A DNA stretch of 20,000 nucleotides, taken from positions 183,660-203,659 of the forward strand of contig CALMGJ010000012.1 of the NCBI GenBank assembly GCA_937863565.1. Direction: 5' to 3'. Source of the stretch: an uncultured bacterium (lineage in GTDB: Bacteria; AUK180). Positions 1 through 7,618 of the stretch are shown here, piece after piece. The notes beneath the pieces were generated by a model. It was given only the letters and a program-made list of their open reading frames with translations, searched no databases and was not told where the DNA came from. The position numbers and the translations under genes were made by a program. Every line of letters begins with the position of its first letter. Position 1 is the first letter of the stretch.

Positions 1-1
1 A

Positions 2-727
2 TTTGGTGAACCGTGCTTTAACCTTCGAGGTGAACTTTTCGATCTCCTCGGGAGTGGTATTGAGTTTTGATGCCATCTGCTTAAAGGAATCAAGCAATTC
101 GAACAACTCGTTCAGGTTCGCCAACTTTATATTCTGCTTCAGGATGATGCCTACAAGGTATTTAATGAAATTGATATCATTCTTGACAAAGATCGGATTC
201 GCGGTCTCATTGATGAAATTCGCATAGAATTCAAAATATTCACCCGCAAAGTCCTTACTTTTCAAAAAATCCAGCGTCAGCGGTGTATTGTAAGAAACCC
301 TGTGTCCGTGAAAACCTTCGAACAGCAGGAAGTACTTCAGTTTTTTCGAGAAATTATTGAATGAATTAGCCGAACCGTAGCGCTCTATCATCTCCTTGAA
401 GCGGGCTGAGAATTCCAAAGCTTTCAGTTCGGGGAACTCTCCATCTTCGCAAGGAATGGATAGGGCGATCTCGTCGGAATTATCCGGATCGAAAGCAAGA
501 CCGGTTGAAGAAAGATGGCCATGGTTGTCTATTATGAAAATATCGTCTTCCTGGAGGTAGAACTCTTCCACCACGGATTTGGCGAGAGCATATCCCTGCA
601 CCGGATCGTTGAATAATGACAGCATGATCGTACCATTCTTATTAATGAGCGTTTGATGGTCAGGTGTTTTCTTAGTTATAGTGTCCTGAGCGTTTTTTAG
701 TACCTTACCGAGATTTATAATCTTCAT
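2..727 (-). CDS. Hypothetical protein, 3'-truncated by the window edge (>=242 aa)
   Basis: Manual translation from the ATG at 727-725 gives MKIINLGKVLKNAQDTITKKTPDHQTLINKNGTIMLSLFNDPVQGYALAKSVVEEFYLQEDD...EEIEKFTSKVKARFTK with no stop before the window edge. It is absent from the ORF track because it has no stop in the window. A near-consensus promoter lies directly upstream. No family recognised. Confidence 0.85.
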   Translation of the reverse strand, partial: MKIINLGKVLKNAQDTITKKTPDHQTLINKNGTIMLSLFNDPVQGYALAKSVVEEFYLQEDDIFIIDNHGHLSSTGLAFDPDNSDEIALSIPCEDGEFPELKALEFSARFKEMIERYGSANSFNNFSKKLKYFLLFEGFHGHRVSYNTPLTLDFLKSKDFAGEYFEFYANFINETANPIFVKNDINFIKYLVGIILKQNIKLANLNELFELLDSFKQMASKLNTTPEEIEKFTSKVKARFTK

Positions 728-734
728 ATTTTAA

Positions 735-763
735 ATTTTATAAAAATAACAAAAAAAAGTCAA
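735..763 (-). promoter_or_regulatory. Sigma70-type promoter of the minus-strand hypothetical gene (probably leaderless)
   Basis: On the minus strand: TTGACT (763-758), 17 bp spacer, TAAAAT (740-735), then 7 nt to the ATG at 727. No SD. Confidence 0.7.
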
Positions 764-850
764 TAGAATACGATTTTTTGCGAAATTCCACTCCCGACCC
801 GCCGCCTTCGGAAAAAGGGTCTCTATTACATTATTATATAATATGGGATT

Positions 851-878
851 TTGGGATTCCGGTGAATTTTGGTAAAAT
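851..878 (+). promoter_or_regulatory. Extended -10 promoter of rex (probably leaderless)
   Basis: TG-G-TAAAAT (870-878) lies 5 nt before ATG 884. There is a weak -35 TTGGGA (851-856) at 16 bp spacing. No SD. Confidence 0.55.
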
Positions 879-883
879 CAATC

Positions 884-1504
884 ATGAAAAAGACGCCGGA
901 TATTTCACTGAAAAGATTGTTGCTTTACCGTAAGTGCCTTATCGGGATGGAGAATGACGGGATCGCCCTGACATCTTCGCGGAAAATGGGGGATCTTCTT
1001 TCCGTAAATCCAGATACGGTCCGCAAGGACATTTCCTTATTGTGCGGATGCCAGGGAAGAAAGGGTATCGGGTATGATGTGAGGACCCTTCGCGAAAGCG
1101 TGGAAAAATACCTTGGCATGAATGAACCGAAAAATATCATCATATGCGGCGTGGGCAATATCGGGCAAGCGCTTTTGAACTATCAGCAATGGGCTTCGAG
1201 GGGATTCAGGATCACCGCAGCCTTTGACCGGGACAAGAGGAAAACGGCCAGGGCCATAAACGGCATCCCTGTAATGGAAGACGAACAGATGGCCGATTAT
1301 CTGCGGGATAACAAGATCGATATTGCCGTTGTTTCGGTCTCTTCTGAATCTACAAAGGAAAAGATAATGGAACTGTACGCTTTCGGGATAAAGTCTTTTT
1401 ATGTTATCTCTTCAAGGGTGATCGAAGCTCCGGCGGACGCCCAGATAGAATATCTTGATATGGTAGCGCCTCTGGAGATATTGATCCATAAAAAAAGAAC
1501 ATAA
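884..1504 (+). CDS. rex: Redox-sensing transcriptional repressor Rex family protein (divergent)
   Basis: The N-terminal winged helix matches Rex (LKRLLLY...SSRKMGDLLSVNPDTVRKDIS...GRKGIGYDV). It is followed by a Rossmann motif GVGNIGQALLNY and GFRITAAFD. I prefer ATG 884 over TTG 869 because the -10 box overlaps 869-878. Confidence 0.9.
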   Translation: MKKTPDISLKRLLLYRKCLIGMENDGIALTSSRKMGDLLSVNPDTVRKDISLLCGCQGRKGIGYDVRTLRESVEKYLGMNEPKNIIICGVGNIGQALLNYQQWASRGFRITAAFDRDKRKTARAINGIPVMEDEQMADYLRDNKIDIAVVSVSSESTKEKIMELYAFGIKSFYVISSRVIEAPADAQIEYLDMVAPLEILIHKKRT

Positions 1505-1736
1505 CCGTCATCGCGAAGGGAAATATATACGGTATAGGATATCCATTATTGGACTGCAGCGGACTGCCAATAGAGCTTCTGCTGAGATCCCGTTATAAAT
1601 GCCGATATACAGGATAATTCGCGGAGTTTCCATTTTTTTCGTCACCCGCGGGCACCTGTTCCGGACGAGACTTCCGGCCGAGACGGTCTGCCGCGTTACG
1701 AGAGGCAAAGATCCGGAGAATTTTTACAAACTGTAT

Positions 1737-1765
1737 TTGAAAAATATTAGTTAATATGGTATAAT
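1737..1765 (+). promoter_or_regulatory. Strong sigma70-type promoter of rpmB and the downstream gene run
   Basis: TTGAAA (1737-1742), 17 bp spacer, TATAAT (1760-1765), with extended -10 TG at 1757-1758. SD AGGAG at 1790-1794. Confidence 0.8.
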
Positions 1766-1800
1766 AACATTTACTTATTAAACTTTATTAGGAGTTTATT

Positions 1801-1989
1801 ATGGCTAAGGTATGCGAGATTTGCGGCAAGGGCGCTGTCTCAGGAAACAATGTTTCTCACGCACTGAACAGAACGAAGAGGGTCTTCAAGGCTAACCTCC
1901 AGACCTTCATGGTCCTTGAATCCGGCAAAAAGGTTAAAAAAACTGTTTGCACTAAATGTTTGAAAGCGGGTAAAGTCCGCAAAGCATAA
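1801..1989 (+). CDS. rpmB: 50S ribosomal protein L28 (zinc-ribbon, C+ form)
   Basis: [10 protein letters not shown]...[20 protein letters not shown]...VCTKCLK, with two CxxC pairs and an SD upstream. Confidence 0.97.
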   Translation: MAKVCEICGKGAVSGNNVSHALNRTKRVFKANLQTFMVLESGKKVKKTVCTKCLKAGKVRKA

Positions 1990-1998
1990 GGAGTCTTT

Positions 1999-3321
1999 AT
2001 GTCCAATATCAAACCACAAGAGGTTCATGGCGTTTTATCCAAATATATGCTCGCCGACGGAATGGAATTCGTTGTTGATCTCGACAGATCGCACGGATGC
2101 TATTTGAACGACCTGAATACGGGAAAGGAGTATCTTGATTTCTTCACGTTCTTCGCATCGCTTCCCATCGGCTTCAATCACCCCGACCTCATGACGAAAG
2201 AGTTCAAAGAGAAGCTTGCGAGAGCGTCGGTGAACAAACCTTCCAACTCGGACCTGTACACCGTGGAAATGGCGGAATTCGTCGAGACCTTCTTCAGGGT
2301 CGCCGTGAAAAGTACCGATCTTAAACATCTTTTCTTCGTTGACGGCGGCGGCCTCGCGGTTGAGAACGCCCTCAAGACCGCTATGGATTGGAAAGTGAGG
2401 AAAAATTTCGCAAAAGGTTTGAAAACGGAAAAAGGACATAAGATAATACATTTCCAGGAAGCATTTCACGGCAGAACGGGATACACGCTCTCGCTTACGA
2501 ATACGGCTGATCCCAGAAAATACATGTACTTCGCGAAATTCGACTGGCCCAGGGTCCTGAACCCCAAAGTTAAATTCCCTTTGAACGAGATTAATCTTGC
2601 GGATGTGAAAAGGAAAGAAGAGGAATGTATCGCACAGATCAAGAACATCCTCGCGCAGGACAAGGACGATATCGCCGCTTTTATCATGGAACCTATCCAG
2701 GGAGAAGGCGGAGACAATCATTTTAGACCCGAGTTCGTGAAACAGATCAGAGCGCTTGCCGACGAGAACGATTTCCTTCTTATATTCGACGAAGTGCAGA
2801 CCGGCATGGGCCTTACCGGTAAATGGTGGGCTTACGAGTATTTCGGAGTTCCTGCCGACATCATCGCTTTCGGCAAGAAATCTCAAACCTGCGGTATTGC
2901 CGCTTCCAAGAGAGTGGAGGAAGTCGAGAAGAACGTATTCGCGGAATCTTCGAGGCTCAATTCCACATGGGGCGGCAATCTTACCGATATGGTAAGAGCA
3001 AAGAAATACCTTGAAGTCATCGAAAAGGAAAAACTCGTCGAGAACGCCGCGAACATGGGGAAATATATGACGGATTCCCTGCTCGCGCTCGGCACTAAAT
3101 ACCCGAAGATAACAAATATCAGAGGAAAGGGCCTCATGATAGCATTCGATTTCGAAACATCGGAAATAAGGAACAAGGCCGTGGACGAGATCAAGAACAA
3201 TGGCGTTCTGGTCCTTCCCTGCGGCAATAGATCGATACGCCTGAGACCCGCTCTCAATGTTGCGAAGAAAGAGTGCGACCAGGCGCTCACCGCTTTCGAG
3301 AACGCTTTCAAGGCGGTTTAA
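1999..3321 (+). CDS. lat: L-lysine 6-(epsilon)-transaminase, class III PLP aminotransferase
   Basis: LAT-type motifs: YLDFFTFFAS.PIGFNHP, KPSNSDLY, LAVENALK.AMDWK, AFHGRTGYTLSLTNT, EPIQGEGGDNHFR, FDEVQTG, FGKK (PLP lysine), SSRLNSTWGGNLTDMVR. SD AAGGAG overlaps the rpmB stop. Confidence 0.9.
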   Translation: MSNIKPQEVHGVLSKYMLADGMEFVVDLDRSHGCYLNDLNTGKEYLDFFTFFASLPIGFNHPDLMTKEFKEKLARASVNKPSNSDLYTVEMAEFVETFFRVAVKSTDLKHLFFVDGGGLAVENALKTAMDWKVRKNFAKGLKTEKGHKIIHFQEAFHGRTGYTLSLTNTADPRKYMYFAKFDWPRVLNPKVKFPLNEINLADVKRKEEECIAQIKNILAQDKDDIAAFIMEPIQGEGGDNHFRPEFVKQIRALADENDFLLIFDEVQTGMGLTGKWWAYEYFGVPADIIAFGKKSQTCGIAASKRVEEVEKNVFAESSRLNSTWGGNLTDMVRAKKYLEVIEKEKLVENAANMGKYMTDSLLALGTKYPKITNIRGKGLMIAFDFETSEIRNKAVDEIKNNGVLVLPCGNRSIRLRPALNVAKKECDQALTAFENAFKAV

Positions 3322-3379
3322 ACAACCCGAGTATTTATGTTTATATGCATTAAGTTCATTACTTTGTTGCGGAGGAAAA

Positions 3380-3808
3380 ATGAAAACTATTTTGCAGAAA
3401 CCCGGAAGGGTTAAAAGAAAATGGTGGATAATCGACGCCGAGAAAAAAGTCCTCGGCCGACTCGCCGTCAAAGTGGCTGAGAAGATCAGCGGACGGGGCA
3501 AGATCGATTATACGCCGCATGTTGACGGCGGAGATTTCGTTATAGTCATCAATGCCGAAAAAGTGAAGATCACCGGCAGTAAAATGGCCGAGAAAGTTTA
3601 CTACACATATTCCGGATATCTTGGACATCAGAAGAAGATAACACTTCAGGAACTGATGAAAAAGAAACCCGAGCTCGTCATCGAGCACGCGGTCAAGGGT
3701 ATGATAAATAGGAACAAACTCAAAGCCAAGATGCTTAAGAGACTTAAGATATTCGCCGGCCCCGAGCACAGACATCAGGCGCAGAATCCTGAAGTCCTCG
3801 ATTTATAA
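3380..3808 (+). CDS. rplM: 50S ribosomal protein L13
   Basis: RKWWIIDA..KVLGRLA, YTPHVDGGDFVIVINAEKV, AVKGM, RLKIFAGPEHRHQAQNP. The true start is ATG 3380 after GGAGG; the track start at 3257 is an upstream over-extension. Confidence 0.97.
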   Translation: MKTILQKPGRVKRKWWIIDAEKKVLGRLAVKVAEKISGRGKIDYTPHVDGGDFVIVINAEKVKITGSKMAEKVYYTYSGYLGHQKKITLQELMKKKPELVIEHAVKGMINRNKLKAKMLKRLKIFAGPEHRHQAQNPEVLDL

Positions 3809-3820
3809 TGGAGGTTATCA

Positions 3821-4216
3821 ATGGAAGGGTTTAACGGATGGTATGCCACCGGCAGACGCAAGACCTCTGTCGCCAGAGTGTTCATGAAAAAGGGAAGAGG
3901 GAAGATCATTGTGAACGATAAAGATTACAAAGAAGTATTCGGCCGCTTCGATCAGAGGGAGAACATTCTTTCACCCCTAAAGATCACGAACTCCGAGACC
4001 TCGTTCGATCTTTTGATCAATGTGAGCGGCGGCGGATTAACGGGCCAGGCCGACGCTATCAAGCTCGGCATAGCAAGAGCACTCGTTGAATACAATGAAA
4101 AATTCAAAGAGATCCTGAAAAAATACAATCTGCTCACGAGAGACCCCAGAATGACCGAAAGGAAGAAACCCGGTCAGCGCGGCGCTCGGGCAAGATTCCA
4201 GTTCTCCAAGAGATGA
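3821..4216 (+). CDS. rpsI: 30S ribosomal protein S9
   Basis: ATGRRKTSVARV, GGGLTGQADAIKLGIARAL, LLTRDPR..ERKKPG..GARARFQFSKR. SD GGAGG. Confidence 0.98.
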   Translation: MEGFNGWYATGRRKTSVARVFMKKGRGKIIVNDKDYKEVFGRFDQRENILSPLKITNSETSFDLLINVSGGGLTGQADAIKLGIARALVEYNEKFKEILKKYNLLTRDPRMTERKKPGQRGARARFQFSKR

Positions 4217-4232
4217 TGGAAAGGAGCAAGTG

Positions 4233-5063
4233 ATGAGAGAGATCACCAAAGAAGAATTGAAGGAAGCGAAGATCTACTTCGGGCACAGAACTTTCAAATG
4301 GCACCCCAAGTTCAAGCCGTTCATCTATAAAAAACAGTTCGGCATCCATTTCATAGATCTTGATAAAACGAAGGAATATCTGGAAAAGGCCATGCAGACC
4401 GTGAATAAAATCGGCCGTGAGGGAAAGAAGATAATGTGGGTGGGGACCAAAAAGCAGGCGGCCCCGATCATTAAGGAATGGGCCGAAAAATGCGGATGCA
4501 ATTATGTCAACTTCAGATGGCTTGCCGGCATCCTCACGAATTTCTCCACGATCAGCCAGAGGCTGGATCAGATGCAGAAACTTGAGGAAATGCTCTCTGA
4601 AGAGAATATCGGCAAAGATCAGTTCCACACAAAAAAGGAAAAACTCATCCTTAAAAGGGAACTTGAAAAATTGCACAAGAACCTCCTCGGGCTTAAAGGA
4701 CTTAAAAAACTGCCCGAACTGATATTCGTCGTTGACGTGGGTAAAGAATACCTTGCTGTGCAGGAAGCCAAGAAAATGAACATACCGCTCATGGCCATCG
4801 TCGATACGAACATTAATCCCAATCTTGTGGACCATGTGATCCCGGCGAACGACGATTCGATCAAATCGATCGAATTCATTCTGAAGAACATCGCCGAAGC
4901 CTATATAGAGGGCCGCGACGGCTTCGAGAAGAAAGCCTCCGACTATAATGCCGCAAATGAGGCCATCACCGGCGCCGCCGCAGATGATTCCAGATACAGC
5001 GAAGAACCTGCCGGAGAAGAACAGGATAAGGATATCGAAGAAGACAGTGAAGAAGAAGATTAA
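4233..5063 (+). CDS. rpsB: 30S ribosomal protein S2 with acidic C-terminal tail
   Basis: FGH...WHPKFKPFIY, GIHFIDLDKT, VGTKKQA, RWLAGILTNF, AIVDTN, IPANDDSIKSI. Start is ATG 4233 (or GTG 4230) after AAGGAG. Confidence 0.96.
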   Translation: MREITKEELKEAKIYFGHRTFKWHPKFKPFIYKKQFGIHFIDLDKTKEYLEKAMQTVNKIGREGKKIMWVGTKKQAAPIIKEWAEKCGCNYVNFRWLAGILTNFSTISQRLDQMQKLEEMLSEENIGKDQFHTKKEKLILKRELEKLHKNLLGLKGLKKLPELIFVVDVGKEYLAVQEAKKMNIPLMAIVDTNINPNLVDHVIPANDDSIKSIEFILKNIAEAYIEGRDGFEKKASDYNAANEAITGAAADDSRYSEEPAGEEQDKDIEEDSEEED

Positions 5064-5077
5064 CGAGGAGAAAAGAA

Positions 5078-5662
5078 ATGTCCGAAATTAAGGAACAGAT
5101 ACAAAAATTGCGCAAATTGAGTTCGGCAGGAATAATGGACTGCAAAAAAGCGCTTGAAGAAGCCAAAGGCAATATCGAAGAAGCGGAGAAGATACTCAGA
5201 AAAAAGGGCATCGCTAAGGCCGAAACGAAAGCCGACAGAACGACTTCGGAAGGTTATGTGGCATCCTACCTTCATTATACGGGAAAGCTCGGCGTGCTGG
5301 TGGAAGTCCTTTGCGAAACGGACTTCGTTTCGAGGAGCCCGGAATTCAGGCAGTTCACTAATGAAATAGCCATTCATATCGCCGCGACCGAACCCAGATT
5401 CGTAAAGAGGGAAGATGTTCCCGAAGAGACCATAAAGACGGAGAAGGAAGTATATTCCGGCCAGATCAAGGACAAACCCGCTAATGTTGTAGAGAAGATC
5501 GTCGAAGGCAAACTCGAAAAGTTCTACAAAGAAACATGTCTTATGGAACAGATGTATTACAAGGACGATAAGAAGACCATAGAGGAATTCGTAAAGGAGC
5601 ATATAGCCAAATTCGGAGAGAACATCAAGATAAACCGCTTCACTATGTATGAAATAAAATAG
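5078..5662 (+). CDS. tsf: Translation elongation factor Ts (short ~195 aa form)
   Basis: AGIMDCKKALEEA, LRKKG, EGYVASYLH, VEVLCETDFV, KPANVVEKIVEGK, KFGENIKINRF. Located between rpsB and pyrH. Confidence 0.96.
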   Translation: MSEIKEQIQKLRKLSSAGIMDCKKALEEAKGNIEEAEKILRKKGIAKAETKADRTTSEGYVASYLHYTGKLGVLVEVLCETDFVSRSPEFRQFTNEIAIHIAATEPRFVKREDVPEETIKTEKEVYSGQIKDKPANVVEKIVEGKLEKFYKETCLMEQMYYKDDKKTIEEFVKEHIAKFGENIKINRFTMYEIK

Positions 5663-5671
5663 GGAGGTAAT

Positions 5672-6367
5672 ATGCCCCGGGGTAAAGTTTTGCTGAAAAT
5701 TAGCGGAGAAGCCCTCGGCGGGCGTGGTTCCCAGTACAGCGCCGGCGCAATGGATTTCATCCATGGCGAAGTGCTCTCGCTCATCAATGCCGGTCAGATA
5801 CCATGCATCGTCGTCGGAGGCGGGAACATCTACCGTGGCCGGACCGAATTTTTCGACAGGGTCACCGGTGACCGCATAGGTATGCTGGCTACTGTCATGA
5901 ACGCTTTGGCGCTTGCAGATTATCTGAATTCCAAAGGTATTTCCGCCAAAGCTTATTCTTCAATAGAAATGCCGCGCATTGCCGCGCTCTTCAATAAGGA
6001 ACAGGTATTGAACGACATCTCATCCGGCATCATACCGGTATTCGGCGGAGGCACGGCCAATCCGTTCTTTTCCACGGATACGCTGGTAGCACTGAGAGCA
6101 GCCGAGTTGGGCATCGGTATCATCCTTAAAGGAAGCACGGTGGACGGCATCTATGATAAGGACCCGAAGAAGAACAAGAATGCCGTAAAGTATAAGAAAA
6201 TCGCCTTTAATGCCGATATCGACCTTGATGTCATCCTTGACCAGTCGGCATTCTTCCTCGCAAAGCAGAACAGGACCGAGATCGTGGTCTATGATTTTTT
6301 TAAGAAAGGGAATACGCTGAAGGCGCTGAATAAGAAAACCGGAACATATATCTACTGGGGGAAGTGA
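5672..6367 (+). CDS. pyrH: Uridylate kinase
   Basis: VLLKISGEAL, VVGGGNIYRG, DRIGMLATVMNALAL, NPFFSTDT, VDGIYDKDP. Confidence 0.95.
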   Translation: MPRGKVLLKISGEALGGRGSQYSAGAMDFIHGEVLSLINAGQIPCIVVGGGNIYRGRTEFFDRVTGDRIGMLATVMNALALADYLNSKGISAKAYSSIEMPRIAALFNKEQVLNDISSGIIPVFGGGTANPFFSTDTLVALRAAELGIGIILKGSTVDGIYDKDPKKNKNAVKYKKIAFNADIDLDVILDQSAFFLAKQNRTEIVVYDFFKKGNTLKALNKKTGTYIYWGK

Positions 6368-6368
6368 T

Positions 6369-6926
6369 ATGCTCGACGACATCTATAAAGATACCAAAGC
6401 TTCGATGGAAAAGATAATAATCTCCCTGAAGGAGGAACTGGGTAAAGTAAGGACAGGCCGCGCTAACCCCTCCGTTCTCGACGGCATCAAGATCAATTAC
6501 TACGGAACGATGACCCCGCTCCGGCAGATCGCCGGCATACAGATCCCCGAATCAAGGATGATCGTAGTACAGCCCTGGGACAAGTCCACTCTCGGTTCAA
6601 TAGAAAAAGCGATACAGGAAGCCAATATAGGCATCACGCCGCAGAATGACGGAGTGATAATCAGGCTGCCCTTTCCTCAGCTTTCTGAAGAAACAAGGCG
6701 TGACAGTATAAAGCAGGCGAAGACGATCTGCGAAAAATTCAAGGTCTCTCTCCGCAACGCCCGGCATGATGAGATAGACATGGTCAAAGAACTGGAGAAG
6801 GAGAAGTCAATTACCGAGGATGAGAGGAAAAAGGCTATCGATCAGCTCGATAAGATAACCAATGACTACATAAAAAAGATCGACGATATCACAAAAGACA
6901 AAGAAAAGGAGATCTCCGAAATATAA
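6369..6926 (+). CDS. frr: Ribosome recycling factor
   Basis: 185 aa. VRTGRANPSVLD, YYGTMTPL.QIA, QPWDKS, PQLSEETRR, RNARHD, KEKEI. Confidence 0.97.
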   Translation: MLDDIYKDTKASMEKIIISLKEELGKVRTGRANPSVLDGIKINYYGTMTPLRQIAGIQIPESRMIVVQPWDKSTLGSIEKAIQEANIGITPQNDGVIIRLPFPQLSEETRRDSIKQAKTICEKFKVSLRNARHDEIDMVKELEKEKSITEDERKKAIDQLDKITNDYIKKIDDITKDKEKEISEI

Positions 6927-7618
6927 TGAACGACAGTCTCAAGCCGCCGGAGCATGTTGCCATAATAATGGACGGCAACGGCCGATGGGCAAAAAGCCGC
7001 GGTTTGAACAGGCTGGAAGGACATAAAGAAGGCGCTCAGACCGTGCGCCGGATAGTGACAAGATCAAGAGAGCTCGGAATAAAATATCTGACACTATATT
7101 CATTTTCATACGAGAACTGGGGAAGACCGAAGGCGGAGATCGAAGGCCTCTTCACGATACTGAGAAAGTACTGCATCGGAGAACTGCCCACGATGATGAA
7201 AAACGGCATCTCCTTCAATATCATCGGAGAATGGGACGGCTTGCCGGTGCAGGTGAGAAAAGTATTGAAGGACACAATAGATAAAACAGCGACCAATAAA
7301 AAGATGGCGCTTGTCCTTGCCCTTAACTACTCTTCCAGAAGAGAAATCATATCCGCCGTTAACGGCCTTCTTGCCTCCGGTTCCAAGAGAACGGACGAGA
7401 AAGGTTTTTCCCGTAAACTCTTCACGGGCAGCATGCCCGATCCCGACCTTATTATAAGAACGAGCGGGGAGATGCGGCTTTCCAATTTTCTTCTCTGGCA
7501 GGCGGCGTACGCGGAATTTCATTTTTCCCGAACACTGTGGCCCGATTTCACCGAAGAAGAATATACCGCTATCATTGCAGAATTCGGGAAGAGGGAGAGG
7601 CGATATGGGAGGATTTAG
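6926..7618 (+). CDS. uppS: Polyprenyl (undecaprenyl) diphosphate synthase
   Basis: PEHVAIIMDGNGRWA, LTLYSFSYENWGRP, ALNYSSR.EI, PDPDLIIRTSGEMRLSNFLLWQAAYAE, LWPDF, RERRYG. Confidence 0.97.
   Translation: MNDSLKPPEHVAIIMDGNGRWAKSRGLNRLEGHKEGAQTVRRIVTRSRELGIKYLTLYSFSYENWGRPKAEIEGLFTILRKYCIGELPTMMKNGISFNIIGEWDGLPVQVRKVLKDTIDKTATNKKMALVLALNYSSRREIISAVNGLLASGSKRTDEKGFSRKLFTGSMPDPDLIIRTSGEMRLSNFLLWQAAYAEFHFSRTLWPDFTEEEYTAIIAEFGKRERRYGRI

Noticed and set aside
3..227. 74 aa plus-strand ORF
   Set aside because: It is antisense to the longer, promoter-supported minus-strand ORF 2-727.
1508..1708. 66 aa minus-strand ORF in the rex-rpmB spacer
   Set aside because: TTG start, no SD or clear promoter, and no recognisable motif, so I cannot support it as a CDS.
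2035..3501. 488 aa antisense ORF over lat/rplM
   Set aside because: It is a shadow of biased codon usage in a clearly real sense gene. It has no recognisable motifs or SD.
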